DNA of 64,000 bases. It comes from Octopus bimaculoides. Taxonomy: Eukaryota. Position numbers and translations under genes: made by a program. The notes beneath the pieces are model-generated. The model had not been told where the DNA came from. It searched no databases and was given only the letters and a program-made list of their open reading frames with translations. The stretch spans positions 63,093,992-63,157,991 of the forward strand of contig NC_068993.1 in assembly GCF_001194135.2 (NCBI RefSeq), given 5' to 3'. Of the stretch, positions 40,401 to 52,300 are shown one piece after another. The first letter of the stretch is position 1. Each line of letters starts with the position of its first letter.

Positions 40401-40651
40401 TTATGAGAATCACTTCACGACGGATCTTCGTTGCCCTCAACACGTGGACCAAGACGAGGGACGATCACACATGCATATATACATATATATACATAGATCA
40501 ACGTGTATTGCATACATTCACGTCTTATAAATTATGTAGACTAATATTGTTACATATGTTACACACGTAATATGTATATGAAGATTACTGTTAAAGAAAG
40601 AAGTATAGATATATATTGTGAACGTACCTGAGACGTTGATGGATCGGCCAT
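30873..40651 (-). CDS. WDR55: WD repeat-containing protein 55 (nucleolar WD40 protein), complete CDS, 7 exons, 449 aa
   Basis: complement(join(30873..31452,32634..32803,33953..34159,35121..35193,36438..36623,37380..37489,40628..40651)) = 1350 nt, GT-AG, in frame. Motifs LASGDDDGTVKVWDLR, DRFPGHP.SIDC, AVHILPNRFLG..G.H..FPVE.LSLS.D..FLASCSHDQ.VKFW and DNFFADF match recalled WDR55. Confidence 0.93.
32634..32803 (-). CDS. WDR55: WDR55 exon 6 (NGRKVVCGTGEGVLNLFNW...DRFPGHP...SLDGAVR)
   Basis: atgtag acceptor, AG|gtaagt donor. Confidence 0.94.
33953..34159 (-). CDS. WDR55: WDR55 exon 5 (VWDLRAKEASMELKC...SVAIIK)
   Basis: atgtag acceptor, AAG|gtaagt donor. Confidence 0.94.
35121..35193 (-). CDS. 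WDR55: WDR55 exon 4 (SAIYSLLLLGDHFLASGDDDGTVK)
   Basis: ttccag acceptor, AAG|gtaact donor. Confidence 0.93.
36090..36305 (+). mobile_element. Second tRNA-like SINE family (GAGCTGGCAGAATC...GTTCAAATTCC...GGCCTTGTGCC)
   Basis: Shared body TTCTGAGTTCAAATTCCACCGAGGTCAACTTTGCCTTTCATCC; other copies ~17850-18045 (-), 18525-18700, 31725-31870, 37105-37310, 44415-44560. Confidence 0.75.
36438..36623 (-). CDS. WDR55: WDR55 exon 3 (HSYSVEGDNQ...HHKKSCRCIQFSSDG...KTAHE)
   Basis: ccccag acceptor, GA|gtaagt donor. Confidence 0.93.
37380..37489 (-). CDS. WDR55: WDR55 exon 2 (GDLKPKAISLSDVVVDVCFNPVKDVIAAAHIGGDVSL)
   Basis: atttag acceptor, CT|gtaaat donor. Confidence 0.9.
40628..40651 (-). CDS. WDR55: WDR55 putative first coding exon (MADPSTSQ)
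   Basis: ATG at 40651, CAG|gtacgt donor, phase 0 compatible with next exon, CpG-retaining surroundings; too short for homology support. Confidence 0.65.
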
Positions 40652-41479
40652 CGTTGGTAGAAAGAAAACAAGTGATTCTTTCACCAGCGAGTAAGTTAAC
40701 AGTAAAATACGGAACAGGCACTAACTAGGCGAAACGAAATCAAAGCTATATTTATTTATTTCACTTTTATGTTATTTTTACTTCTCAAAAATTTACGATT
40801 CCTTGCATTAAAATGTATAAAAATTCGAATTTATCGGGAAACAAAAACAAAAGTGAGTATGTGATGAGACTGCATTTTGTTTTTGACTTCACTTAATAAA
40901 ACAAATTTAAGTAGATTCCAGTTGGAAACAGATTCAGAGAAAATATTACCAGCCAACATGAGAGTCTCTCCAAGGACCATCTTAACAGCATTATAGCCTC
41001 CCACCAGTGGCAGCTCGTAGATAAAATTAGTCGGGTTGCTGCTTCCGAAAATTTTTAGCCGTTGTCTTAATATTGTGTAAAAGGAAACAAACATACAAAA
41101 TAAAGTGGGGTAAATGTGCCCTATTTTTTCAAATCCTGACTGCAACACTGAAGCTGGAAGCAGGATAATAATCTAATTCTACACTTTATCACATTCAAGA
41201 ATATAAACATGTTTTTAAACACAACATACACAGAGTTGAACAGAAACACTACCTTTCACCAGCACAGCAAGGTCAGCATTGCGTGAACCACAGTGCTCCC
41301 TCTCCTTAGCGTGCAGCTTCCTCTCTCAGATATGTGCTGAAACTGTGAAGCACATAGTTCTATACAAGGGTTTTTGTATTTTTTCATAATCTAGGGGATG
41401 GCTACTGACCTTAAGCTTAAGGATTATATAGTGTAGTGCTTTGAATTTTACGATTCAGGGGACGTCAATACTGTTTTTC

Positions 41480-42240
41480 AAAATATCCTCACTGCAATCT
41501 GGGCTGCATGTGAAGCATCAGTACTGTGCAAATACTCTAGAAATAAAAACAATGCAATTTGGAAGACTGCAGCAGTTCGACTAGCCAGGAAAGATCGTCG
41601 TGATGCTGAACAGAAATACAGACAGCATAAAACAGATGAGAACAGATGAAGATGCAACAGATCATCCAACCGTCTCAAGCAAGTGACAAAAAAAGGCAGT
41701 GCTTGAGTTTCAACGAAGTATATCAGCTAGCCCTGACAGTAAAGTGTTCTGGAAATATGTGCGTTCAAAACAGAGACCTCACTCCCCAGTTGGCCCTCTT
41801 CACAATCCTCACACAGGTCGGATCACTGATGACCCCCAAGGAATGCACTGAGCTTATTGCTGAATACTATGCTGGAAATCCCAATGTACCTTCTTCCCCA
41901 ACTCTGATATCAAATGACAATGGTACATCCACACTTGGAATTTGCATCAATATCCTGGAACCCCTATCTTGCTCAGCAAGAAATGTGCAACAGAATGAAT
42001 ACCCACCATCAGACGTCTACCATACTCTGAACGTCTTGCTTCCCTGGGCATGCACACATTAAAGCTCAGACGTCTGGCAACTGACTTGGTTGACACCCAC
42101 AAGATTATCCACCATCTTTCCAACAACAACCTGTGGCACCTTTTTGGATTCCATATAACAAACATTCACGGACACGCTTATAGAATCAAAAAACAACACA
42201 GCACCCATGACTTTCAGTTCCATTCAAGCAGTATCTGTAG
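41480..42240 (+). mobile_element. CR1-type LINE remnant, RT domain deleted
   Basis: KVFWKYVRSK...VGPL...ITDDP (41741-41835) joined to HPHLEFASISWNPYL...PYSERLASLGMHTLKLRRLATDLVDTHKII...HGHAYRIKK (~41920-42200). Confidence 0.8.
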
Positions 42241-42266
42241 TCTACACTGTGAAATGACCTGAATTC

Positions 42267-42360
42267 GGTTAGGATTTAGAGTAAGGGTTAAAGTGTAGAG
42301 TTACAGTTAGGGTTTAAAGTTATGGTTGGGGTTAAGGTTTAGGATTTGAGTTAGGGTTAG
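42267..42360 (+). repeat. Degenerate telomere-like (TTAGGG)n tract
   Basis: GGTTAGGATTTAGAGTAAGGGTTA...GTTAGGGTTT...GAGTTAGGGTTAG, about 15 degenerate hexamers. Confidence 0.55.
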
Positions 42361-43047
42361 ACGGCACACTAGGTAGACCAGATGCTAAAGTGGCACCAAA
42401 AGGTTTTATCTCCCATATATGTACACACCCACACATCTCACGCTCTCTCCACCTTATCCTTACTCTCTCTCTCTCTTCGTTCCACATTTACATAGATAAC
42501 AAAAAAGTAATGGTCGGCATTTGCACTCGAGTGCTGAGGTGCAGGACGATTATAGACCAATCCAAGGGACACAACTCTAACGGGCTTTAGAGCTAGCTTT
42601 TTTGCTTCTTTCTTTTTGTGCTTTCCCATCTCAGGGTTTTTTTCTATGTCTTTTTACGTCACCTCTGAAATTTGTTGACAGACTGGTGTTTTGAGACATC
42701 CAGTAAAAACGATCCCAAGCTATACACTTCCATTCAACCTTAGAAGGTTTTTTTCAATGCGAAAACATTTGGGAATATGAAATGATTGTTATGAAACTAA
42801 ATTTATAAAGCTATACAAATAAGTCTACATAATAAGTATAAATAATATATATAAAATAATGTGTGTGTGTGTGTGGAGTCAGCTTTCTCTGTCATGGTCA
42901 ATGCGACGATCACACGCTACACACCTACCTTCCAAGCACAGCTGTAAACAGCAGAAGTGAGCTAAAATGTTAAAACTTAGTGTGCATGCACAGCAGAGTT
43001 TACGGTAAATCTGTGCCAAGTGGCTTTACTCTGTATGCCTTAGCTTT

Positions 43048-43061
43048 GTTGCTATGGCAAC
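43048..43061. promoter_or_regulatory. RFX X-box motif
   Basis: GTTGCTATGGCAAC fits the canonical 14-bp X-box consensus. Confidence 0.5.
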
Positions 43062-44111
43062 AGTTCGGATACTTATTGATCAGACGACGTATAGATAGCA
43101 ATTTCTGCTTTTCTTTTTTCGTTAGTTTGAATTATTTGAGCATCAAGTTTCATTTCTGAATTGTTTGAATTCGCCGAAGTGTCTTCCATTTTAAGCTATA
43201 TTTCCAGGTTGTTTCTTTCAAAGGCCAGATTTCACTGCTGGGTTTATTGTGAGGAGTCCTTCACTGCTCCTCATATTACACATGTGATTAGGTTACTGAA
43301 TCTAAAATTTTCTCTTGGTCATATCAGTGACACATGCTTTGGTACTGCATAATCTAACCTGACAGTGTGTTGTTAGTTGAGGTCTGAACGTCCAACTTGT
43401 GCATGTCAGATGACAGCTTTGTGTTGCCGGATCTGTCATAAGTTGTTTTAGATTAACTTTATGGAGCATCTGTTAAAAAAGCTTGTATAGGCACAGGAAT
43501 GGCTGTGTGGGAAGAAGTGTGCTTCCCAAACCACATGGTTCCATGTTCACTTCCACTGCATGGCACCTTGGGCAAGTGTCTTTTACTATAGCCTCTGGCT
43601 GACCAAAACCATGTGAGTGGATTTGGTAGACGGAAACTGAAAGAAGCCCATCATGTGTGTGTGTGTGTGTGTGTTTGTCCCTCACAACCACTTGACAACC
43701 AGTGTTAGTGTGTTTATGTCCCCATAACTTAGTGGTTCAGCAAAAGCAACTGATAGAATAAGTACCAGGCTTAGAAAATACTGGGGTCAATTCATTCAAC
43801 TGAAATTCTTCAAGGTGGTGCTCCAGCATGGCCGCAGTCTAATGACTGAAAAGATTTAATGAATAAAAGAAAACCTGTGGTTGGCTGGAAATTGTTTATC
43901 TCCTAAGTTAAAAATAAACTTTAACAAAGCCGATCCCTACATTCAATAAAAAAAAAAAGGGAATGAACCAGGATGACCTTACGTCTTTTCTTTCTAGGGA
44001 GCCTTATGCATATGACTACATTGCTTGAGGCATAAAACATTTTATCCTCAAAGCCATTGGTATTTAAAATGTAAAAAGGGTTGCTTTATCAAAAAAGTAT
44101 TTACTGGTTCT

Positions 44112-44281
44112 ATAATCTCTGTCAACACCCTTGGCTAGGTTTTTGAATTCAATGGATGGTTAGCAAGATGCTGTGTTTATGTAGGTGAGCTTTTCATCAG
44201 ATTTCTTGTTGGTATTTAGGTTGAAGGTGGTGCCTAAGAGGTTTCTTGTATTAATGTTTGTCACTTTGGTAATTTTAGTCC
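44112..44281 (-). mobile_element. Penelope-like element RT C-terminal remnant
   Basis: GLKITKVTNINTRNLLGTTFNLNTNKKSDEKLTYINTASC*PSIEFKNLAKGV resembles the recalled PLE pattern GL.IT...N...VNFLDVTLNL...KPND...YIN..SNHP..I.KN. Confidence 0.55.
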
Positions 44282-45634
44282 TAAGTCCTTAAGAATTTCC
44301 TCTTACCTAGGCTGTACCTGATGGCATTATTAGTGATAAGCTAAGACAGTGGAGAGCAAGAATTGTAAGAGATAAACAAAATGCTTTACAGGATTTCTAC
44401 TGGCGTTTGAAACTTTTCAAGGTTCAAACCCGTAGGATTTCTACTTTGTCTCTCATCCTTCTGGGGTCAATAAAATAAGTAGCAGTCAAATACTGGGGTT
44501 GATTTAATCGATTGACCCCTTCGCCCTTCTCTCAAATTTCAGGCCTTGTGCCTATGTTAGAAGTAATTCTTAGAGATGGCTACCCCTTCATTGTGATATA
44601 GACTGAAATTTATTGGGGAGATTTTTCCTAGGTAGGTCTAAGATATCTTGGCTGAGAAGGTCACCAATTTATATGCTGTCAAAAGAACCCATCCACATAT
44701 CGAAGGAAGGGTAATAAAGTGTGCTTCCCATCCCATGCATTCTTTTTTTACTTGTGCTGAGTTGCTGGTAATGAGAAATATTTCTTTGTCTTTTGCATCA
44801 TTAAATCAATACCAGTTATCGATACCATTATATGATTTAGCAAAATCTATTGCAGTGAGAAGTATGGATTTGATGACAAACGCATAGAAGCCTACAATGT
44901 GAATCTGTGTAAATCTGTTTTTATGTTTTCAAATAAATACTTTGATATTCCTAAACCAGCTAATAATGGTATTACTACTGTTCCATTGCTGGAGGTTTGT
45001 AGCCACCCTAATGTTATCATTCATCTTGCAGAGCAATTTTTAACTGATTAATGTTATTTCAGGCTTAACTAGATTGATCAACCTGCATTTCAAGTTGAGT
45101 CCAAATCATATTTATTGTCTGTGAAGGTGATAGACAACCAGCATTTAGCTAAAACTTCTCGTCCATTGTAAATTTTAAACCACTTTGCTACTGCCTAAAA
45201 CTGTCATTCGTATAAGTCTGTAGCTTGGTCTTCATAATTTTTAGTTATAGAATTGGCAAGCAGTCATTTCTGCAACCTCTCATCTACTTCATATATGATT
45301 ATTGTTTTGCCTCAAGATACAAATACGTTTTTTAGAAACAATTTTTAATGTCTATGGAAGTTTCTGTTGGCAAGGGTTAGAAAACTTATGGAATTTAAAG
45401 TTGTGCACTGCCTGGAAGCCTGGTTCAAAGCTTTCCAGGCTCTTGGTGCAGTCATTTTATCATATTTATAATTTTATTTGAATTTTGTGTTATATGTCCC
45501 CACATGTGCTTGTATTGTCCCCTTTCCATTGGCCCCTTATGGGCAATAAAGAAATCTGTTGGTGCTTGGTGTGCAGTTTCACACAAGAGTAAGATATTTG
45601 TCAGCATTAAGTTCAATAACTTGAATAAATAAAT

Positions 45635-46060
45635 AAATAATGATATTTAATTCTTTCTTTTACTTGTTTCAGTTATTTGACTGTGACCATGCTGGAGCAC
45701 CGCTTTTAGTCAAACAAATCACCCCCAAGGACTTATTCTTTGTAAGCCTAGTACTTATTCTATCAATCTCTTTTGCTGAATCGCTAAGTTACATGGACAT
45801 AAACACAGCAAAATTGGTTGTCAAGCGATGGGGGTGGGGAGGATAAACACAGACAGACACACAAATATACATACACACACACACACATATATATATACAA
45901 CAGGCTTCTTTCAGTTTCCATCTACCAAATCCACCACTCACAAGACTTTGACTGGCCTGAGGCTACAGTAGAAGACACTATCCCGAGGTGCCACTCAGTG
46001 GAACCTGGAACCATGGGGTTGGGAAGCAAGCTTCTTACCATACAGCCACACTGCACCTTT
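45635..46060 (-). mobile_element. Same tRNA-SINE family, minus orientation
   Basis: Reverse complement of the 57175-57650 body and tail. Confidence 0.8.
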
Positions 46061-46283
46061 ATAAGTATTTTCCATTTCCTGCACATGATGAGGCCTTTCA
46101 TTTTCTCCATATTTGCTGGTGTGTTTACATCCCCGTAACCTAGCGGTTCGGCATAAGAGACTGATAGAATAAGTACTAGGCTTACAAAGAATAAGTCCTG
46201 GGGTCGATTTGCTTGACTAAAGGCAGTGCTCCAGCATGGCTGCAGTCAAAATGACTGAAACGAATAAAAGAATAAAAGAAAAG

Positions 46284-46286
<3 letters not shown>

Positions 46287-46358
<72 letters not shown>
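46287..46358. repeat. (TA)n microsatellite
   Basis: Visible; similar tracts at ~9347-9382, 49262-49336, 57338-57410. Confidence 0.95.
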
Positions 46359-46364
<6 letters not shown>

Positions 46365-46601
46365 CACATATCATCATCGTTTAACATCTGTCTTATCATC
46401 ATCATCATCATTTAACGTCCATTGTCCATGCTGGCATGGGTTGGACAATTTGGTAAGCTGGAAGGCTGCATCAGACCGCAGTCTGATTTGGCAGTCTGAT
46501 TTCTATAGTTGGATGTCCTTCATAACACTAACCACTCAAAGAGTGTATGGAGTGCTGTCACATGCTACCAGCACGGGTGCCAGTTGTGTGAAACCAGTAT
46601 G

Positions 46602-46638
<37 letters not shown>

Positions 46639-47425
46639 CGTATAGAGTCTCTTGAATTCCATTTTCTTTCTCTCATATATTGTGTGTGTGTGTGTGTGTG
46701 TATGTGTGCGTGTGCAGGTGTGTGTGCGTGGTTGCATGTATCTATACCAACATTTATGGCTGTAGGTAATGTCTGATTTGAAGGAAAATGAGCTGAAAGA
46801 AATGACTGAGAATGGTCAGTGGCATGGATCTGAAGAAGCCAGGCAGATACTGGTCCATCAAATACCATACAACATAAATTTTTGATTCATTGAAATTATC
46901 TCCTTGGAGTCCATAAATGTATTCCATTTTTTTCTCTCTTGTAAATTGTTGTCATTTGGCTGCTGGAGTTTGGATAAATGTGATGCCAATGATGGCAACT
47001 GAGCCAGAAATAAATGTCCATGACTGACCTCTTCTCTCCAGACAATAAACCTGTCCTTTTTCTGAATGGCATGTCAGTTTTGGAGAATTATTGAGTCTTG
47101 AGATTGTGTCTCCTGTTTAAGTGGAGCCTCAATTGTCTATTCAGTGATTATGATATATCCTCTAGAGACAGGGATGATTTTAAGGAATCAAGAATTTGAT
47201 ATATGGTATTTTGTACACCTGTATTTGTCTGTGTTCTTCAAATGTATGCCATTAACCCATCTGAGTTATTCCTCTTGGTTCATTTTTGTTTATATAATTG
47301 TTTTTGATTAAGTGTCATATATGAAACTCATGGCCCTTGAGTCACTTTGTAACTTCTGCTGATTTAAACACACATACACACACACATATATAATGAATGT
47401 ATGTAATGTATTTATAAACATGAGG

Positions 47426-47477
<52 letters not shown>

Positions 47478-47599
47478 GTATGTATATCTGTAAGTATGAA
47501 TGTATGTGTATTTATACATTACAAAACATAATCAGTAATTTAGTACTGAAATAATATATACCTACACGTGTGTGTGTTCACGGAAAGAGAGAGAGTGAG

Positions 47600-47850
47600 T
47601 GAGTGTGTGTGTGTGTGTGTGTTATGGAAACAAAAATGCCGTTTATCGTATGCTCGTGTCGTTGTTAAGAGTGTCTGTGTAAAATGAGCGCTTTGTACAT
47701 CAAAGTCTGCCAGTCTGTACATTCGGCACGAAGTCTGTGAGCTTGAATAGGAGCATGCGCAGTTGGCAGTCGGTGCCCGTCTCCCCGCCCTGTTGTCACC
47801 AAAGCCAGCAGCCGACTGGAATGTGAACCAATATTGCAAACCGTAGGAAA
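47600..47850. promoter_or_regulatory. CpG-retaining promoter-like segment
   Basis: NRF1-like GCATGCGCAG (~47753), GC box CCCCGCCC (~47783), CCAAT (~47829); many CpGs in a CpG-poor background. Confidence 0.35.
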
Positions 47851-49258
47851 ACAGCTTTATCACATAGCTTCATTCACACATTTAGCAATCTAAACATCAT
47901 CACACATACATATAACAAGTCAAGTGTCGATCTGTTTTGTTCTCCAACATCTAATAACAACAATAATGACAGAAGCATTAGAAACGGCAGCAAAAGAGAG
48001 ATTATTGAAGACGGGTTTTCGGTTGTGGGTTCTTGGAAACATTACCAATTCCTTAGCTGATTTGGCTATTATGAGGGAGTAGAAAATCGTAAGAAATTGG
48101 AGCTTATTCTAAATTTATTATATTCATCTTAATTTAGACGTATTTTCTTTTTTTTCATATATGGGGAATATCGAATAACTCCAATCTTTGAGTACCATTA
48201 TTACTCGTTGGGTTATTTCTTATTTCTAAAGACTGCTAAGAAGAGAGAGACCGAGATAGATAAATAGAAAGACCAACTGATATATACATAGATATATTTA
48301 TATAGATTTAGATTTAGATATAAATTTGTTTCTATTTTTCCTTTCTTTTCCCTTTTACACTGCCAAACTCAAAACACTGACGTATAAACATCCACACGTC
48401 TGACAATGATTTCGTAATAGTCTTTAATACATTTTCGTAAGATTTGTGAAGAAATCCACTGGTTTTATGTAGCCTCAACCAGCAACCATCACGGACACAC
48501 GGCAACAGCATTCATCATCATCACAATCATAAGTATTATTACAACCATCATCAACGCTGTAAATGCCAGTAGCTCCATCATCATCGCCGCCACCAATACG
48601 TAACTACATGCATACACGGTCCCTATGTTAACAACAACAACAACGATTCCATGTCGAACACTTCCAGCATAATAACAACAGCAATCACGGCCAGAAGCAT
48701 CATAATCATCACCAGCAACACCATCACAACTCCTCCTCTCTACCTTTGTCGCTAGTTTCACGTCTGACATTTTTGTGTCAGGAGGGAAGAAAAGAAACAG
48801 TCAAGAGGAGTGGATGAGGCCTGTAAGTGGGGGCGCATGGGCTCAATCACCACCCCCACTTATTGCCACCACCACCACCATCGCCATCGCCGCCGCCACC
48901 ACTTCCCACAGCTGTTCGGGCAAAGAGTCGTCGTCGAAAGTGGGAAGGCAGAACAAACTTCCTCCGGTCCATTTATCATCGGAAACCAGTTCCACATTCT
49001 CCATACATAACTGTTAGGATATTACAGTTTGGAGACGACACTCGACGACCTGTGTGTGTATGTATGAGTGATTGAGTGAGTGTTTATACTTGTATATATA
49101 TACACACGTAACATACCAAACAGACGGATATCTTACCCATCTTAAACCCTACCTGCTTTTGTTGGCTAGCACTTGCTCCACTCAACAGGCGTCCACTTTA
49201 CACCAGACCAAAAGCTTGGTCACACAAGCTTAGTCAAAACCCATCTTAAAAATATAAA

Positions 49259-49339
<81 letters not shown>

Positions 49340-52300
49340 TACACACATATATATATTACGAAATAACCATGAAGAATGAGCGAACGGCCGAGGACTGCGC
49401 CCTAATCCGAATTTCCTTTGCTCGTTTTGCAGTCACAACTGTGTGTTTACCGTCAATTTCACTTCTGTTATGCTTTTTTTCTGGCGTGCTATTCCAGTTC
49501 TATGATGTCAACGAGACTGTGTGTAATGTGAGTTGATACTTTATATATATATATATATATACATTGATATTGATAATATATATTAACCCCTTCCTGTTGG
49601 GGATACAAAAAAAAAAAAGAAAGAATATCTTGTTAATGTTGATTTATAGCTATGTCTATATGTAATTCTTGCTTTCATCTTACACACCTGTTCTCCTTTT
49701 ATTATTTCTTTGTCAATTTGCATTGTCTCAAATAATAACTGTTCTGTATTGTAATGTTCTACAAATTTTACCCTCGTGGTAAATCCAGAGATATTTATTA
49801 TAAAATTTGTGGCCTTCTGCCATTATAATTTTATATTTTACAATAACTTCTATAATTTCTAAATCGATTTTTTTAATTTTGTATTATGATGGAGATTTAA
49901 GGATGGGTTAAAGTTCATGAAGTAAAGGGTTTCACATTTTGTGCTGGTTGTATATTTCAAAGAACCTAAGCAGTTACCCCATTCTAAATACTATTAATCC
50001 TGACTCTCTTTTACCTGTACTTGCGGCTGTTAACCTTAATTCATATACATTTTTCATTAAATGAATCAAACCCCAAACTCGCCACTATAGTGGACTCCCG
50101 TTTTTAGTCCCAGCTCATCGAGAGCTTTTATGGTCAAAAATATCTTAACTATTCATTTTGTTTTTATTTCAGACACAATGCATCTAGGAATTCAGTTATT
50201 GTTTTGGTGGTAGGGGTCGGGTGGAACGATGAAAAGACACTTTAAGATGTAGTTTAAAAGAGATTTAGCTGTTGTTTCTAGCATGTCTAACGACTATGTA
50301 GAGGCACCCTCGTCGAATGGACTCAGTGCCATGTCTAAGTTTTTCTGCTGCCATATCTCCCATTTGGAACCTTTTCCTTTCTATCATTTAATAACCTTTT
50401 TATAGATAGGTATCAGTATCATAACTTCCTAGACATTGTCACCAAAGATAAGTTCTTTCGGAACTTCTGTTAAAGAAAATTCAAAAGAATTTATTCTAAT
50501 TGTAATTATGCTATACCATTTTACTTTCCGGCCGTATTTAACTCGTCAGAATATTTGAGCATATATATATATATATAGTGTAGGTCCTGATAGATTAAAA
50601 AATCGGTTATTTCCAATGCAGCACTAGATGTGCTAAATTCATTTTTCGTTTTCTTAATTTATAAATATATATATATAATTATTGGTTTTCTCTTCGTCGG
50701 ACATTGTCCATGCTGGAGCTCCGTCTTCTAGGGTCTTATTGTCATGTTGACCCTAGGAATTTATTTCACGCGGGAGCGAATCGTAAAGTACACACACACA
50801 CACACACACATATAAAGTGGGAGTGAGTGAAATTGACATCCTTTTTTGTTTTACCACTAACTGTTAAATTGAACACATTATTATGTATAATGTCTTATCG
50901 TTAAATTTGATAAATTGTCAGAAAGTTTGAAGTGAAATTACGGCACAAGGGAAGTGAAATATACATACACATATATATATATATATATATAAATTAAAAG
51001 CTACCACATGGTTTCTATTAACAGACTACTTTACAAATTATATAAAGTTATACACTTATATGAATAATGTGTAACATACACATCTGTCTACTGTTGACTG
51101 TCGAAAGAAAGAGCATTTAATACCATAGCAGAGATTAATAATACATATTTTATTTTGGTCAAGTTGCCAGTGGGTGATATGTACAAAGGATCTTCTCGCA
51201 AGTTATGATTAAACTAGCTATGTAGCAAGAGACCGATTCGACCAAAATGATATATATATATAAATGATATATATATTTACACACACACACACACACACAT
51301 ACATACAATTGTCTATTAAATTGTTGAGTAGCACTTCTTTGATTGTAAACTGATGTATATATATTAACACACTTTCGTTCCGAGTTTGATTCACTCCGTC
51401 GCTGCTCTGAGTTGCTTATTTCGTTGTTTTTGTTCCTGCGAACTAACTCATTTATTCATATTTAACATTTACTTATATAAATACATTTTATATATAAAAA
51501 AAAGTGGGTAAATGTCAGTGATGTGTTAGTGAGTGTAATGTTAACTATAGACACGCTTCCATGCACTTGTCATCCTCTCTCCTTTGTGTTTGAACGAGTT
51601 TCGAGATGGGTGTTTGGATACGAGATTCTAAAATTTCTCTCTCAATCGTATCCGGCTTTCTCTACTAAGCAAAAGATCGATATTTTTTTTTTTAAGCCCC
51701 ACAGTTCTTTCAGGCCTTCCAAAACAAGCAGTTGGCTCTGAAACCAAAGTTACTCTTGCAACTTTAGCAGGATATATGTCTAAATGCCACTATTTTTTGG
51801 TAACTGGCTGCTTTCTTTATTCCCCGGCCCTCCATACTCCATTTGTATGCAAAATTGTTGTTATACATGACTAGGTATGGATCACGAAATCTTCAAAGGA
51901 TGCCACTAAAATCATAGAGAAGTCACTGTTGTAGATTGTGCTTTTCCATCTCAGGTTAGACTTGTAGTCAAAGACATTACAAACTGTTCCTTATTCTTCC
52001 GGACACAGTCTTATTAAGACTACAATCAGATGTACCTCTTTTTTTTTTTTTTTTTAATTTATATATATATATGTATAATGCTAGGGTATAGTTTGAGAGA
52101 TATTTTGCTTGCGTATTGATCGGGTCTAATTCTCTATGAGGATAAATACACACGTACTCGCGCGCGCTGTTGCCTGCCACATCACTTATCAAAGATCCAT
52201 CATTGAGAGACTTTGTCTCCGTCCCATTTAACCCGGGGACATTTACACAGTTTAAGAACTCATTGAATGAAGTAGGGACGAGAAAATGTAGTAAGTGTTC

